DNA from: Lingula anatina
Taxonomy: Eukaryota; Animalia; Brachiopoda
Reading direction: 5' to 3'
Length of the DNA stretch: 64,000 nucleotides
NCBI GenBank assembly: GCA_051362555.1
Contig: CM120646.1
Span: forward strand, 7,936,001-8,000,000
Position 1 is the stretch's first letter; each line of letters begins with the position of its first letter. This document shows, one piece after another, positions 45,300 to 57,315 of the stretch. Both the position numbers and the translations under genes were made by a program. Under the pieces are notes generated by a model that worked only from the letters and a program-made list of their open reading frames with translations, was not told the origin of the DNA and searched no databases.

Positions 45300-46137
45300 C
45301 GATGAGGGAAAATCCCCTCGTCATATCTAAAATCACCAGATTGGCATTCAGTGCACTGCATTGCACAATGTCTAACACGCGGCAAACGCAGCACGAGTGC
45401 TTGTGTCAATATTTCTCTAACAAGTAAGAAAAAATACTCAGTGATAAATTGATTATTCAGTGGTCGATCTTTCTCTGCGCCAAAGCAGAGTAAAGCAAGC
45501 AAAACGAGACAAAACCAGGCAAGTTTCTATCTTTGCGACCTACACATTGCAGTAAAATAGGCAAGACAAAAACGACTGCCATTGCCCCTCTCCCCACTTC
45601 ATTGTGTCTGGATTTGTTAGTATTGCTACCTCACTAGCGGTATGCTAGTAAAGGTAGAATGGATGTCAATCCCAATATATTTTTTGTTTAAAAGCAACTG
45701 CCAATGTAAACAACGAGAACAATAACATAATGTACAGCATATAATACAAAATAATAATTTGAAAAAAACTAAGAAAATAGAAATGATGATGATTAAAAAG
45801 GAAATAAAATGATGCCAAAAAAAACCTACGGTACATTTAATTTTAATCATTGAATTAAATACTCTCTAAAGCTCTCTCTAAAACCGACTGACGTAGGTAG
45901 AAATCACATGACTCAGCACAATGTAAAGGTCAGTGACACAATAACTTGTTCAGGGTCGCAAGCAAACATTAACTTTTCAGAAAAGGCTCTTAGTGAATGA
46001 GACTTTGGAAGGTTGACAACTAGGAATTCTAGTGGGAAGTTTTCAGTCTTTATCAGATGTCATTGTCGCAAAAGTGTTCGATAAGCTGTACACCCAACTT
46101 CAGTTCATTTTGATAATACACCTCGGCGAATCTACAG
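45300..46137 (+). promoter_or_regulatory. Putative promoter and non-coding first exon of coiled-coil-CARD gene 1, with kappaB-, AP-1/ARE- and CRE-like sites
   Basis: GGGAAAATCCCC 45306, TGACGTA 45889, TGACTCAGCA 45909, GGGAAGTTTTC 46034; donor CAG|gtaatg after 46137. Equivalents are kept in copy 2. Confidence 0.55.
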
Positions 46138-46316
46138 GTAATGTTGGAGACCGTCTGTTGTTTTATGTATTGATATAGAATAAATTAATTAAATCGGTAG
46201 TTGTAGTTAAATATTGCTTTTGTTTTGATGTGATTTGTTTTGATGTGATTTTTCTAGTAAAATTGTTGAGTAAAGTTTATTTACGATTCAATTTAAATTT
46301 ATTTTGATATAGAAAA

Positions 46317-48669
46317 ATGTCGGCGGCGCTACTTAAGAGCAGTCCGATTGAAAATTCGTCTTTTGACAGCGGTTATGAAGGCAGTTACGACGGCAGTGAC
46401 AACGTTAACAGTCTTGGTCATGCTGTCGACATTGCCAAACAAGACGTGCTGCATGAATTTCAGACCATAGGGCAAAAGATAGAAGGTGAAATCCGTCGTC
46501 TTCGCCACGAAAATTTAGACAAGAATTCACGCATCCAGCAGATGGGCATAGAGGTCGATCAGCAGCAAGATATGGTTCAGCAGCTAACATCTGAGGTAGA
46601 GGGCATGAAGGAAAATCTCGAGAAAGAAAAAAGTCAGAGGAAAAAACTGTTTGAAGAGTTGCAGCAGTTGAATATCAAAAAAGAGGAGTTTAAGAGGAGC
46701 GTTGAAAGAGAGAGAAAAGAAAAAGAGGTTCAGTTAGTTAAACTTCAAGACCTAAGTAAAGAAAACGAGAAGCTACAAGCTACACTTTGCGCCGCCGAGT
46801 CTGAGAGAGGACAACTTCGGTATACCCTGGGTAAAACAAATGGCGAGCTGCACAACACTCAGACGAAACTCGATCTTGCAAAGAGCAGTGTGAAAAAGTT
46901 AAGAGAAGAGAAGATGAAAATTACCTCCGAACTTCAGGACGAACGAGCCGAGAAAGAGGAGACCCAACAAATGCTTCAAAAAACAGTGAAGCAAAAGGAT
47001 AAATATGCTGAACAAGTACAACAACTTGAGGCCCAGAAAGCTACGCTGCAAACATCCCTCGACGTCGCCAATTTAACCCTTAAGAAAACCCAAGAAAATT
47101 TGCAACAAAATGTCGCTGAACTGATGGCAGAGATAAAGAAACTTGAAGATGAGCGCTCCGCCTTGCAACATACTATTCAAGAACAAATCAGTGCTATGGA
47201 TCGGATACATCATCTGGCAACTGAGCAGTCAAAAAACTTTAACGACAAGAATGCCCAGCTGCAACGTCTTACAGACGAGTTATTGGATAAACAGAAGACA
47301 CTTGAAGAAGTCACTCGTAAAAAGGACATACAAGTGGAAGAAATCAGAACCCAGGTTCAAGAGGCGTTGGAAAAAGAAGACGAGAGGACAGCGAAGGCGG
47401 AAGAAGACAATTTGACTACTCTTAATTGCATTAAATTAGCCAATAAGGGGATTGAGTCGAGCATGTCAAGCAGAGAACTCAAGGCTATACTTTCCGACAT
47501 AAAGAAAATCCTGGAGCCATGCGCCGCTAAGATAAACGCATCAACCGCGGGTGACAAAAGATCCAATTTGGCCACGTTAAGGGCTTTTATGAAAACCTGG
47601 AGAAAGGGAAAACTTTCAACAGGTAGGCCTAAAACAAGATAATGACTCTATATTATATCTATTTATTTATGTTTCATGTGTGTATCATTGGTGGCCTTGC
47701 AAGTCATTTTAATATGACCCAAACATTTACCACGTGTTTTGGTCACTACGGTTGCCTATTGCATTTTGTCCCTTTTTTATATTCTTTTTTATTTTTTCTT
47801 TTTGGTTTACAAGTGAAAACATTAAAGATGGTATGAATTACTCCATCATCTAAAGTAAACTGTAAATATTACAGATCGCAAACAGAAAGAGTTATATCTG
47901 GAGAACATACGACGTCACTACACACGCCTAGTGGACGGATTGGGCTATCACCTGGACACCGCCTCTGGTCAAGATCTCCTGGACAAACTCTACCAGGATG
48001 GCATTATAGAAGAGGCTGAACTTGAGGCACTAAGGAATACAGCGCAGAAACCACAGAGATCCAGAAAATTCCTCGAAATACTGAAGTCTAAGAATGTGAA
48101 GGTTTTCCAGAGGCTCATCAAGATCCTGCGACAAGACCCCCACCGTGAGCACTTGGCCTGTGCGGTAGAAGGAACCACGCATCCCGGTGAGCGCGCGTGC
48201 GCGTGTGGGGCTGGAGGGACGGGGGAATATAAGGCGTAAACGAAATCACGAGCAACTTAATAGAATATATTAATTTTCTCTAGATGCTCGCAGCAGTATG
48301 TGGTATAATTCAGTCTAACGTTACGTGAAAGATTTATCTAATTGCTAAAAGAAGTGAATTAAATGCTAGTTAGAATTAGATATTCCAGCTATTCGACAGC
48401 TTATATTCATATTATATTTTGAGAATAGGATGACTTAAACTGATATACAGTCTCAAGTTCATTTTGATATCTTAAGTGTTTCGAACTACTTAAAGAACAT
48501 TAAGCGCCTTGAAATTTAATCACATCATGGGGGTTTTGTTTTTCAATCTTTAGAGCTATCAGATGGTGCTGACACCGACAGCGACAACAATGACAACGAC
48601 GAAACTCAAGAGAGCCAACAGGATTCCAGTCACGTGCCTGTAGTCACAAGAGCGGAGACCACACTTTAA
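46317..48669 (+). CDS. Coiled-coil + C-terminal CARD-like (death-fold) protein, copy 1, ~577 aa
   Basis: Exons 46317-47622 (heptad-rich E/K/Q/L), 47875-48186 (IRRHYTRLVDGL..LLDKLYQDGIIEEAELEAL..RSRKFLEILKSKNVKVFQRLIKIL..HLA, CARD pattern), 48554-48669 (acidic tail ending RAETTL*). Phase-1 GT-AG introns. Confidence 0.87.
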
Positions 48670-50098
48670 GTCAAAGACTAATGAATGGCGTTTTTACAGA
48701 ACCAAACATTTATTTTTAAATATTAAAATATGACAACGTTTATACAAGACGATTAAGATTTCAAAGAAACTCGTATCCTCTTGCAATTAATTAACTATAC
48801 ATATTCTCTCATAACCCTTAAAAGGGCCGACTCCACTCTCAACCCCACCCCCTTTCATGCATTTTGTACATAGTATCGAGTTGGTGGTATAGAATTTAGA
48901 TTCTGGTAGATTAGGAAACAAGGTGTCACCGCTAGATTCATTTTATTTTATTTTTGCGAAATTTGCACAATGCGTCTTCCTTGAATTGATTTTTGCCTCT
49001 TTTATAGAACTTAATGTTATCACCAAAGATACTTTAAAAAGGTGAAACATATAATCAGGTCTAAGCTTGCTGTTAGATCTAAGACTACATGATTCATGGT
49101 TCATGGAATTGGAATTTCACGAGTGCCACCTCACGGCGATAAGAGGGTTAACCATCAACATGTACCCGTAAAGCCATCATATTACTTATGGCCACGGGAA
49201 ATCCCGGTAATAGTTTATAGAGAGATTACATAATTCAATAATCAGGTCGCAGGCAGTGAGCAATCTACTGTATCTCCAAAGTTTTTCAATGTAATTCCTA
49301 ACTGAAAGACTTTGATAGGATTGCAAATAAAAAATTCCTGAACATAGAAATGAGACGAATAGATATTGAAACATAGACCTATCTTTTTCATCAGTGTTTT
49401 TATTTTCAGTTTTGGCATGTCGCCCTAACATATTATTTTTTTTCATTTGCGTACATAGTATGCTATTTTTATCAAGAAATTAGCTTATATTTTGACATGT
49501 TTAATTAGGTGTCGACTCTATTTTCTAATAACTTTATATTGCATGGATATTTGCATTATTCCAGTACTTGTTAAAGGGGAATAAACGTTCAAATGCACTA
49601 CAAAAGTAGTATTTTATCTTATATTACCACTGTAAAAAAAGGGGTGGGGAAGAAAGAAATTTCGATAGAATGCATGTTAAAACAGTATAGATAAAAAAGG
49701 TTCCAGAATGCCTCATCACTTATTCCAGTGCATTATTCACACTATCTGACTGCAGTATCGATTTTATTTTTGTGAAAATGCACATATCTGTCATGCATTT
49801 TCGAAACAAATATTTTATAAAAATATTTTTCGAACATCAATTCAGCAAAAATCATTTATAGCAATTATTTTATTAAATCAAATTGTCAACAAATTTTGTG
49901 GTTTCACTATCAAATGTGCAACAATATAGATCTTACATAGCTCTGTAGCAACAACAATGCTTGATTTCAATCTCAATGGGTAAGGAAAGGAAAGGTAAAC
50001 ATGCCGGGGCATATTTTCAAGCTAGTTTTTGACAGATTGGCAAACATTTATTCAGTCTCCACATTAAAAAGTCAGCACAATGCTTTGCATAGGTAAGT

Positions 50099-50131
<33 letters not shown>

Positions 50132-50599
50132 GGGGGGGAGGGTTACCCGCAATGGCCAAATAAAGGACCAGAGCCCAGATACGTTTATTCAAAGGACTAT
50201 CAAATTTCGGTCGACAATACCTTCCTGCCCCTTCACAAGAGAGTTAACTACATGTAGGAGTGTCATAATGCCATACTACTTACAGTAAAAAATTACTAAT
50301 ACGATACTATTTTTCTATGGCGTGATATTTGCTGGGACACACACAAATATGAAATATGGACAGTCGGGTGGTCCCCATCTTCGTATAAAAAAAAACTGCA
50401 TGAAATTTCCCCAAAACTGTTGTCACTTTAAAGGCCATGTATTCTGGTAAGTAAAGTGTGCAATTTCGGCATTACCTTCGCCTTGTTTAGGTGGTCAACA
50501 AGAACTTTTAGGATGAATGTCAGTGTTGCACTTTTGTTTGTAGGATAAACTAGATTAAAAACGAAATATGTCGCCAATAATAGGCCTGTAATATAAAAG

Positions 50600-51068
50600 A
50601 CTTAGAACTCCCAAATGACCACATGTTCAGCCCTTACAGAGAAGATGGCCCCCATGAAGTTCCCAGAATATGTAATAACCGGAGATGCCACTGGCTCTTC
50701 CTCAAATACGGTTTTTTCTTTAACCTGAACCAGAAGATGGTAATGCTCTTTCAACTGATAGGATAGACACAAAAGGCCTACGCACCTGACCGCATCTGAA
50801 AAATACCAGTAATAAAGAGATAAAAATCTGATAAAATAAGAACAAAACCACATACAAAGATGCTGTGAACCCACAACCACTAAACTGATGCATTACCATT
50901 CAGTTACCAGTTTCACTAAATATCAAAATGATCTACATGTTATTGTGATGTTACATATACAAAGTCCTGGGGTTTGACCCTAATATAGGAGTCAAATTAA
51001 CTCCAAGAGGGTCAAGGGGTGCTGAACTCTGACTGGAGAGTCAAAAGACTCCAATTTTATTCTCAGTG
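50600..51068 (-). mobile_element. Fragment of a CACTG-ended (CACTA/EnSpm-like) element with a coding exon remnant
   Basis: Minus-strand terminus CACTGAGAATAAAATTGGAGTC at 51068 with ggagtc/gactcc subterminal repeats. Exon-like piece after ttttcag (..VASPVITYSGNFMGAIFSVRAEHVVI..). Segment is absent from the paralogous spacer. Other end not found. Confidence 0.4.
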
Positions 51069-51674
51069 AATGTTAATGTCAAGAGGAACACGCATTAAAA
51101 AGCATTCAATACGTCTTGTATCGGTTGTATCGTACTCTCTGGTCGATAACCTTTTGATCCGAGTTCTAACATAAAATATCCGGTTTTAATATTAAATGCA
51201 AATATTGTCCCCCCCCCCCCTCTTCAATCAAGGCGCAGTTATTGATGTGTTTAAATGACATTAAGCATCTGTTAATAGTTGATTGGAGAAAGTCTATTGG
51301 CTGTATCAGGTAAAAAGATATCGGCCCAGTGGGTATTCTCGTTTAGGCGCAGTCAATGTAATCAACTTCATTATTGCCAGACAATTATATGCAGTTATCA
51401 ACAGGGAAAAATGGGATAGAAAAATCGGGCATAAGGGATGTTACTTGACGATCAAATTAAAATGGAAACTCGTTATCGCAGGAAGGAAGATCTTTATTTT
51501 TTATTTATTTATTTATTTTTATTTTTTGAAAGTAAATAACCTGTAGCAGAAATTTCTATCATGACCAGAAGGGAAAGAGTTAGATTACATATACCAGCAG
51601 TCAAAATTAAGCAGGACCGAAAAATGACAGTAGTAATGCACCACCCATAATTGTGATTAACCTCATTATTTCAG

Positions 51675-52072
51675 ATTATTGTAGGTTCCAGTATGGGTGG
51701 CTGGCTGGGTCTTATAGCAGCCATGGAGAGGCCTGAGAGAGTACAGGCCTTTATTGAAATTGCTGCCTCACCAGATTTTCCTGACAGAAAGTTTCAACAG
51801 ATGCCTAAACAGGTAAATAAAATTTTACTTTGAAAACTCTTAAGTGTTTGTCTCAGATTTTGTATTTTTAGTTAATGAGTATGTCCAAAAATTATGATTG
51901 TTTTATCTTATCTTATTTATTTTTTATTTTTAAATTCATTTTTTTAGGTATAAAGTATAGCTCTAAATGTTGTCACATTTTTATGTACTTTTTTTTAATA
52001 TGAGCACCAAATTTATCTGTACCAGCAAATGAGAAAACATTTTTCGTTCCATGGTTCACTTATTATTTATTT

Positions 52073-52125
<53 letters not shown>

Positions 52126-52486
52126 TTTCATCCTCAGGTTCAAGAGAAAATCATGACTACAGGGGAAGTGGACTACCCCTCCTCCTATGGACAGTTTATC
52201 ATGACAAGAGACTTTCTTCTTGACTCTCGACAGCACAATATTCTGCATTTTCCAACTATTCCAGTCCATCGGCCAATCAGATTGTTGCATGGAGTCAAAG
52301 ATGATGCCGTACCGTACATGCTTTCACTTTCTTTGATGCAAAAATTAGAAAGTAATGACATTGATGTGATACTTAGAAAAGATGGAGATCATAGACTTTC
52401 TAGAGAGGAAGATTTGCAACTTTGTTAAATGCAGTTGATGAAAAGGTGAAAAAAGTACAAGGAGGAAATGTGTTATCATCTTTATG
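51675..52486 (+). pseudogene. ABHD10: Partial ABHD10 duplicate (exons 3-4 only) with a late frameshift
   Basis: Exon copies at 51675-51812 and from 52138. A 2-nt deletion near 52422 gives a premature TAA at 52426-52428. G-to-E change in FIGIAASPDF. No copies of exons 1-2. Confidence 0.88.
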
Positions 52487-54151
52487 ATGAATTTAATTTA
52501 AATACCAATATAAATATACATTTTGTTTTAGGACTATTTCACATATTTTTTCTAAAATATTTTATTTTACACTTTCAAAACCTTTTGCCTTATCTATTAC
52601 AGTTTAAAATTTATTCAGGAGTTACAGTTGCCTTAAAATCCTATTTATAAGTTTTTGAAGTTTTCTGCAGGTGAAAATTGTACATGGAAAAAAACTGTAA
52701 AATGTCAATAATCATAAGACATTTAATCCGTTATCATCAGGGAAATGGCATAAGTGGAGTGCTTATTGCTAGAATAATAATGATGGATAAAGGAATTAAT
52801 AAATAGAATCTCTTCTTTAATCGAGGTCTTGGTTTTGTCGGAAGGGACGATTTAAAATCGCAGTGCTTAGTATAGGCAACTAAAAATAGCTGATTACTTT
52901 CAACGAGCGTGGTAGTGTATTAAGGTGTATCGTCACCCCCTCTGCCTATGGAATGCAAGCTGATCTTTGACAGGCCGTTACCTCTATTCAGAACAACCAG
53001 GACAGTGTGGCAGTTAAAATAGGTCGATAAGGGGAATTCCCCTCGTCATATCTAAAATCACCAGATTGGCATTCGGGGCACTGCATCGTACGATGTGGAA
53101 CACGCGGAAAGCGCAGCACTTGTGCTTGTCTCAATATTGCTCAGACAAGTACGAAAAAATACCCAGTGGTAAACTGATTATTCAGTGGTCGACTCAGGAG
53201 ACACGGTGGCCCCGTGCCCCCCCCCCCTCCCCCCTTTACTTCGGAGGTAGCCCCTCCTCTGTACCAAAGCAATGTGCATGTATAACAAGCGAAAAGAGAC
53301 AAAACCAAGCATATTTTCATCCCTGCGTCCAACCATTTTATATTAGCAGAAATGGGCGAGACGGAAAGTGCTGTCATTGCCCCTCTCCCCCTCTTCATTG
53401 AACCTGAATTTGCTAGTGTTGCCACCTCACAATCGGCATGCTTGTAAAGGGTAAATAAATGGCAATCCAAATATTATTTTCGGTTGAAAACGAATTGCAA
53501 ATATAAACAACGAGAACAATAACAGATTGTACAACAACAGCAGCAACAAATAACAATTATAATAATAATCTGAAAATAAAAAACTACAATCCAGAAATGA
53601 CGATAAATAAAAAATAAAGAAAATGATGCCAAAAAATTCCCTACGATACACTGATTGAAATCATTGAATTAAATTATATATCTAAAGCCGATTGACGTAG
53701 CCACCATATGACTCAGCAATATATACAGGTCATTGATACAATAACCTGTTCAGGGACGCTAGAAATCATTAACTTTTGTTCAAACAGAAAGGGCTCTCAG
53801 TGACTGAAAACGTGGCATTTGAGACTTGGACGGTTGCCCACTGGAAATTTTAGTGGGAAGTTTTCAGTCTTTATCAGATGTCAGCCTCGCACACCTTTCT
53901 GATAAGCTTTACATCTAACGTCAGCATTTTGCTTATACACTTCGGCGAATCTACAGGTAATGTCCGAGACCGCCTGTATGTACATGTAGTGATATATAAT
54001 AAACTAATTTAATTGTTAGTGCAGTAAAAATATTGCTTGTATAAGGGTGTGATTTAAGGTTTTTTATAGTTGAGTTATTATATGTTATTGTTGAGTATTG
54101 TTGAGTTAAAATTTATTTACCATTCCTTTTAATTTATTTTGATAGAGGAAA

Positions 54152-56509
54152 ATGGCGGGGACGCAACTTATAAGCAGCCCGATTGAAAATTCGTCTGTTG
54201 ACAGTGGTTATCAAGGTAGTTTCGACGGCAGTGACAACAGTTTTGGTCATGCTGTAGACTTTGCCAAAGAAGACGTGCTGCGTGTGTTTGAGACCTTACG
54301 AGACGCATGGCAAAAGAAGGAAGAAGAGAACCGTCGTCTTCGTCACGAAAATTTAGCCAAGAATAAACGCATCCAGCAGATGGGCATTAAGGTCGATCAG
54401 CAGCAAGATATGGTTCAACAGTTATCATCTGAGGTAGAGGGCATGAAGGAAAATCTCGAGAAAGAAAAAAGTCAGAGGAAAAAACTGTACGAAGAGTTGC
54501 AGCAGTCAAACATCGAAAAGGAGGAGTTGAAGGAGAGCGTTGAAAGAGAGAGAAGAGAGAAAGAGGTCCAGTTAGTTAAACTTCAAGACCTAAGTAAAGA
54601 AAACGAGAAGCTACAAGCTACACTATGCGCCGCCGAGTCTGAGAGAGGACAACTTCGGGATACCCTGGGTAAAACAAACGGGGAACTAAACAACGCGCAG
54701 AAGGAGCTCGATCTTTCAAGGAGTAGTGTGAAAAAGTTAAGAGAAGAGAAGATGAACATTTCCTCTGAACTTCAGGACGAACGAGCAGAGAAAGAAGAGA
54801 CCCAACAAACGCTTCAGAAAACAGTGAAGCAAAAAGATAAATATGCTGAACAAGTGCAGGAACTCGAGGCCCAGAAAACTACCCTGCAAACATCCCTCGA
54901 CGACGCCAGCTTAACCCTTGAGAAAAACCAAGAAAATCTGCAGCTTAAAGAAAACAGAGTCGCTGAACTGATAACAAAGACCAAAAACCTTGAAGATGAA
55001 CGTTCTGACTTGCAACAGACTTTGCAAAAACGAATCAGCGATTTGAATCAGGCACAGCTTCAGGTAACAGAGCAGTCAAAGGACTTGGAAAACAAGAATA
55101 CCCAGCTGCAACGACTTAAAAACGAGTTATTGGACAACCACAAGAAACTTGAAGAGATGACTCGTAAAAAGGACAAGCAAGTAGAAGAAAATGTTAAAAT
55201 CAGGACCCAGGTGCAAGAGGCGTTGGAAAAAGAAGACGAGAGGACAGCGAAGGCGGACGAGACTTTAACAGACGTTAATTTGACTACTCTTAAATGTATA
55301 AAATTAGCCAATAAGGGGATAGAGTCGAGCAAAGAACGAAAGGCGATACTTACTGACATAAAGAAAATCCTGGAGCCATGCGCCGCTAAGATAAACGCAA
55401 CAACTGCAGGTGACAAAAGAAGAAATTGGGCCACGTTAAGGGCTTTAATGGAAAGCTGGAAAGGAAAACTTTCAACAGGTAACACAAGTCAATTATCCTT
55501 TAATTGATTTTTTTTTTTGAATGGATCGTTGGTGGCCTTAATTATCGTAAGTCATTTCTGTATAACCCCAAAAAATCACTGTGTGTTTAGGTCACTACGA
55601 TTGCCTATTACATTCTTATTCCTTTTATTTTTATTTTTTTGTTTACAAGTGAAAACGTCAAAAATGATATAAAATACTCCGTCATTTTTAAGCAAGCTGT
55701 AAATATTACAGATCGCCAACTGAAAGAGATATATTTGGAGAACATACGACGTCACTACTTGCGTCTAGTGGACGGACTGGGCTATCACCTGGACACCGCC
55801 TCTGGTCAAGATCTCCTGGACAAACTCTATCAGGAGGGCGTTATAGAAGAGGCCGAACTTGAGGCATTACGGAATACAGCACAGAAACCAGAGAGATCCA
55901 GAAAATTCCTCGAAATACTGAAGTCTAAGAATGTGAAGGTTTTCCGAAGGCTGATCAAGATCCTGCGACAAGACCCCCACCGTGAGCACTTGGCCTGTGC
56001 GGTAGAAGGAACCACGCATCCCGGTGAGCGCGCGCACGTGCGTGTGTGGGGCTGGAGGGGGGGGGGGTATAAGGCCTAAACGAAAGGACAAGCAACGTAG
56101 TAGATTTTTCTAGATGCTTGCAGCAACATGTGGTATAATTTATTCTTACGTTACGTAAAAGATTTATCTAATTGCCAAAACAAGTGAATAAAATGTTAGT
56201 TAGATTAGATATCCTAACTATACAGCAGCTTACATGTATATTCATATTATATTGCATTTTGAGAATAGGATGGTTTAAACTGATATACAGTCTCAACTTC
56301 ATATTTATATCTTAACTGTTTCCAACTACTTACAGAATTTTAAGTGTCTGGATATTGAATGAAATCATGGGTGTTTTGTTTTTCAATCTTTAGAACTATC
56401 AGATGGTGCTGAAACCGACAGCGACAACAATGACAACGGCGAAACCCGAGGGAGCCAACAGGACTCCAACCACGTTCCTGTTGTCCAAAGGACGGAGACC
56501 ACACTTTAA
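54152..56509 (+). CDS. Coiled-coil + C-terminal CARD-like protein, copy 2, ~584 aa
   Basis: Exons 54152-55478, 55712-56023, 56394-56509 (ends RTETTL*); non-coding exon donor after 53956. Same phases as copy 1 and an intact reading frame. Confidence 0.87.
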
Positions 56510-57099
56510 GTCAAAGACTAATCAATGACATTTTTACAGGACCAAAGACTTATTTTTGAATATCAAAATATGACAGCGTTTATACAAGACGATTAGCATT
56601 CCAAAGAAACCCGAATGACTCTTGCATCGTATTTAGTATACACTTCTGTTACTATTCTCTCTGAGTCTCATAACCCTAAAAAGGGCCGACTCCACTCTTA
56701 CCCCCCCCCCCTCCCATAGCATATGCGTTTTGTACATAGTATCGAGTCGGTGAAATAGAATATAGGTTCTGCTAGATTAGGAAACAAGGTGTCACCGCTA
56801 GATTTTTTTTTTTTCGAAATTTGCATAATGCGTATTGATTTTTTCCTCTTTTATAGAACGAAATTTATCACCAGAAATATTTTGCATAATACCGTTAAAA
56901 TTGAAAAGGTAAAACATATCGTCAGGCCTAAACATGCCATTAGATTTAAGACTACATGATTCATGGTTAATGGTTAACGTCACGGCGATAAGAGGGTTAA
57001 CCATCCACATGTACCAGTAGAGCCATCAAATGACTTATAATTATGACCACGGGAAATCCCAGGAATAGTTTATAGAGATATTACAAAATTTAACAATTA

Positions 57100-57315
57100 G
57101 GCTCTATTCCCATAGATTTTAGATCTATCTATCCCCGCGGGGAGTCTCACTAGATTACTTTCAGATAATCCGACTTAAATGTCCGTCCCGCCTACTACAA
57201 GCTGTAAAGGGGGTAATTAACTTTCGTGTCCGCCCGGCTGACAGCTATTTAGCGTGAACCCCCAGGGAGTTAGGTCGATCTAAAGTAGGTCGATCTAATC
57301 TATGGAAATGGGGTG
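57100..57315. mobile_element. Palindromic MITE with TTA flanks (PIF/Harbinger-like), present only in duplication unit 2
   Basis: Imperfect TIRs (ctattcccatagatt / aatctatggaaatgg), TTA at 57097-57099 and 57316-57318, absent at the paralogous site ~49243. Related to the element at 60835-61050. Confidence 0.65.

Larger units (their letters stand above)
43286..51648 (+). repeat. Tandem segmental duplication, unit 1 (~8.4 kb)
   Basis: Collinear with 51649-~60060: ABHD10 exons 3-4, 3' UTR, promoter, the coiled-coil-CARD gene and downstream spacer all recur. Confidence 0.9.

Noticed and set aside
46317-47642. Myosin, tropomyosin or SMC call for the coiled-coil ORFs
   Set aside because: Only generic heptad composition; no motor or ATPase motifs, and the splice pattern links them to a CARD-like exon.
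47875-48669. Caspase or NLR gene
   Set aside because: No QACxG catalytic motif, P-loop NACHT or LRR exons; the frame ends at ETTL*.
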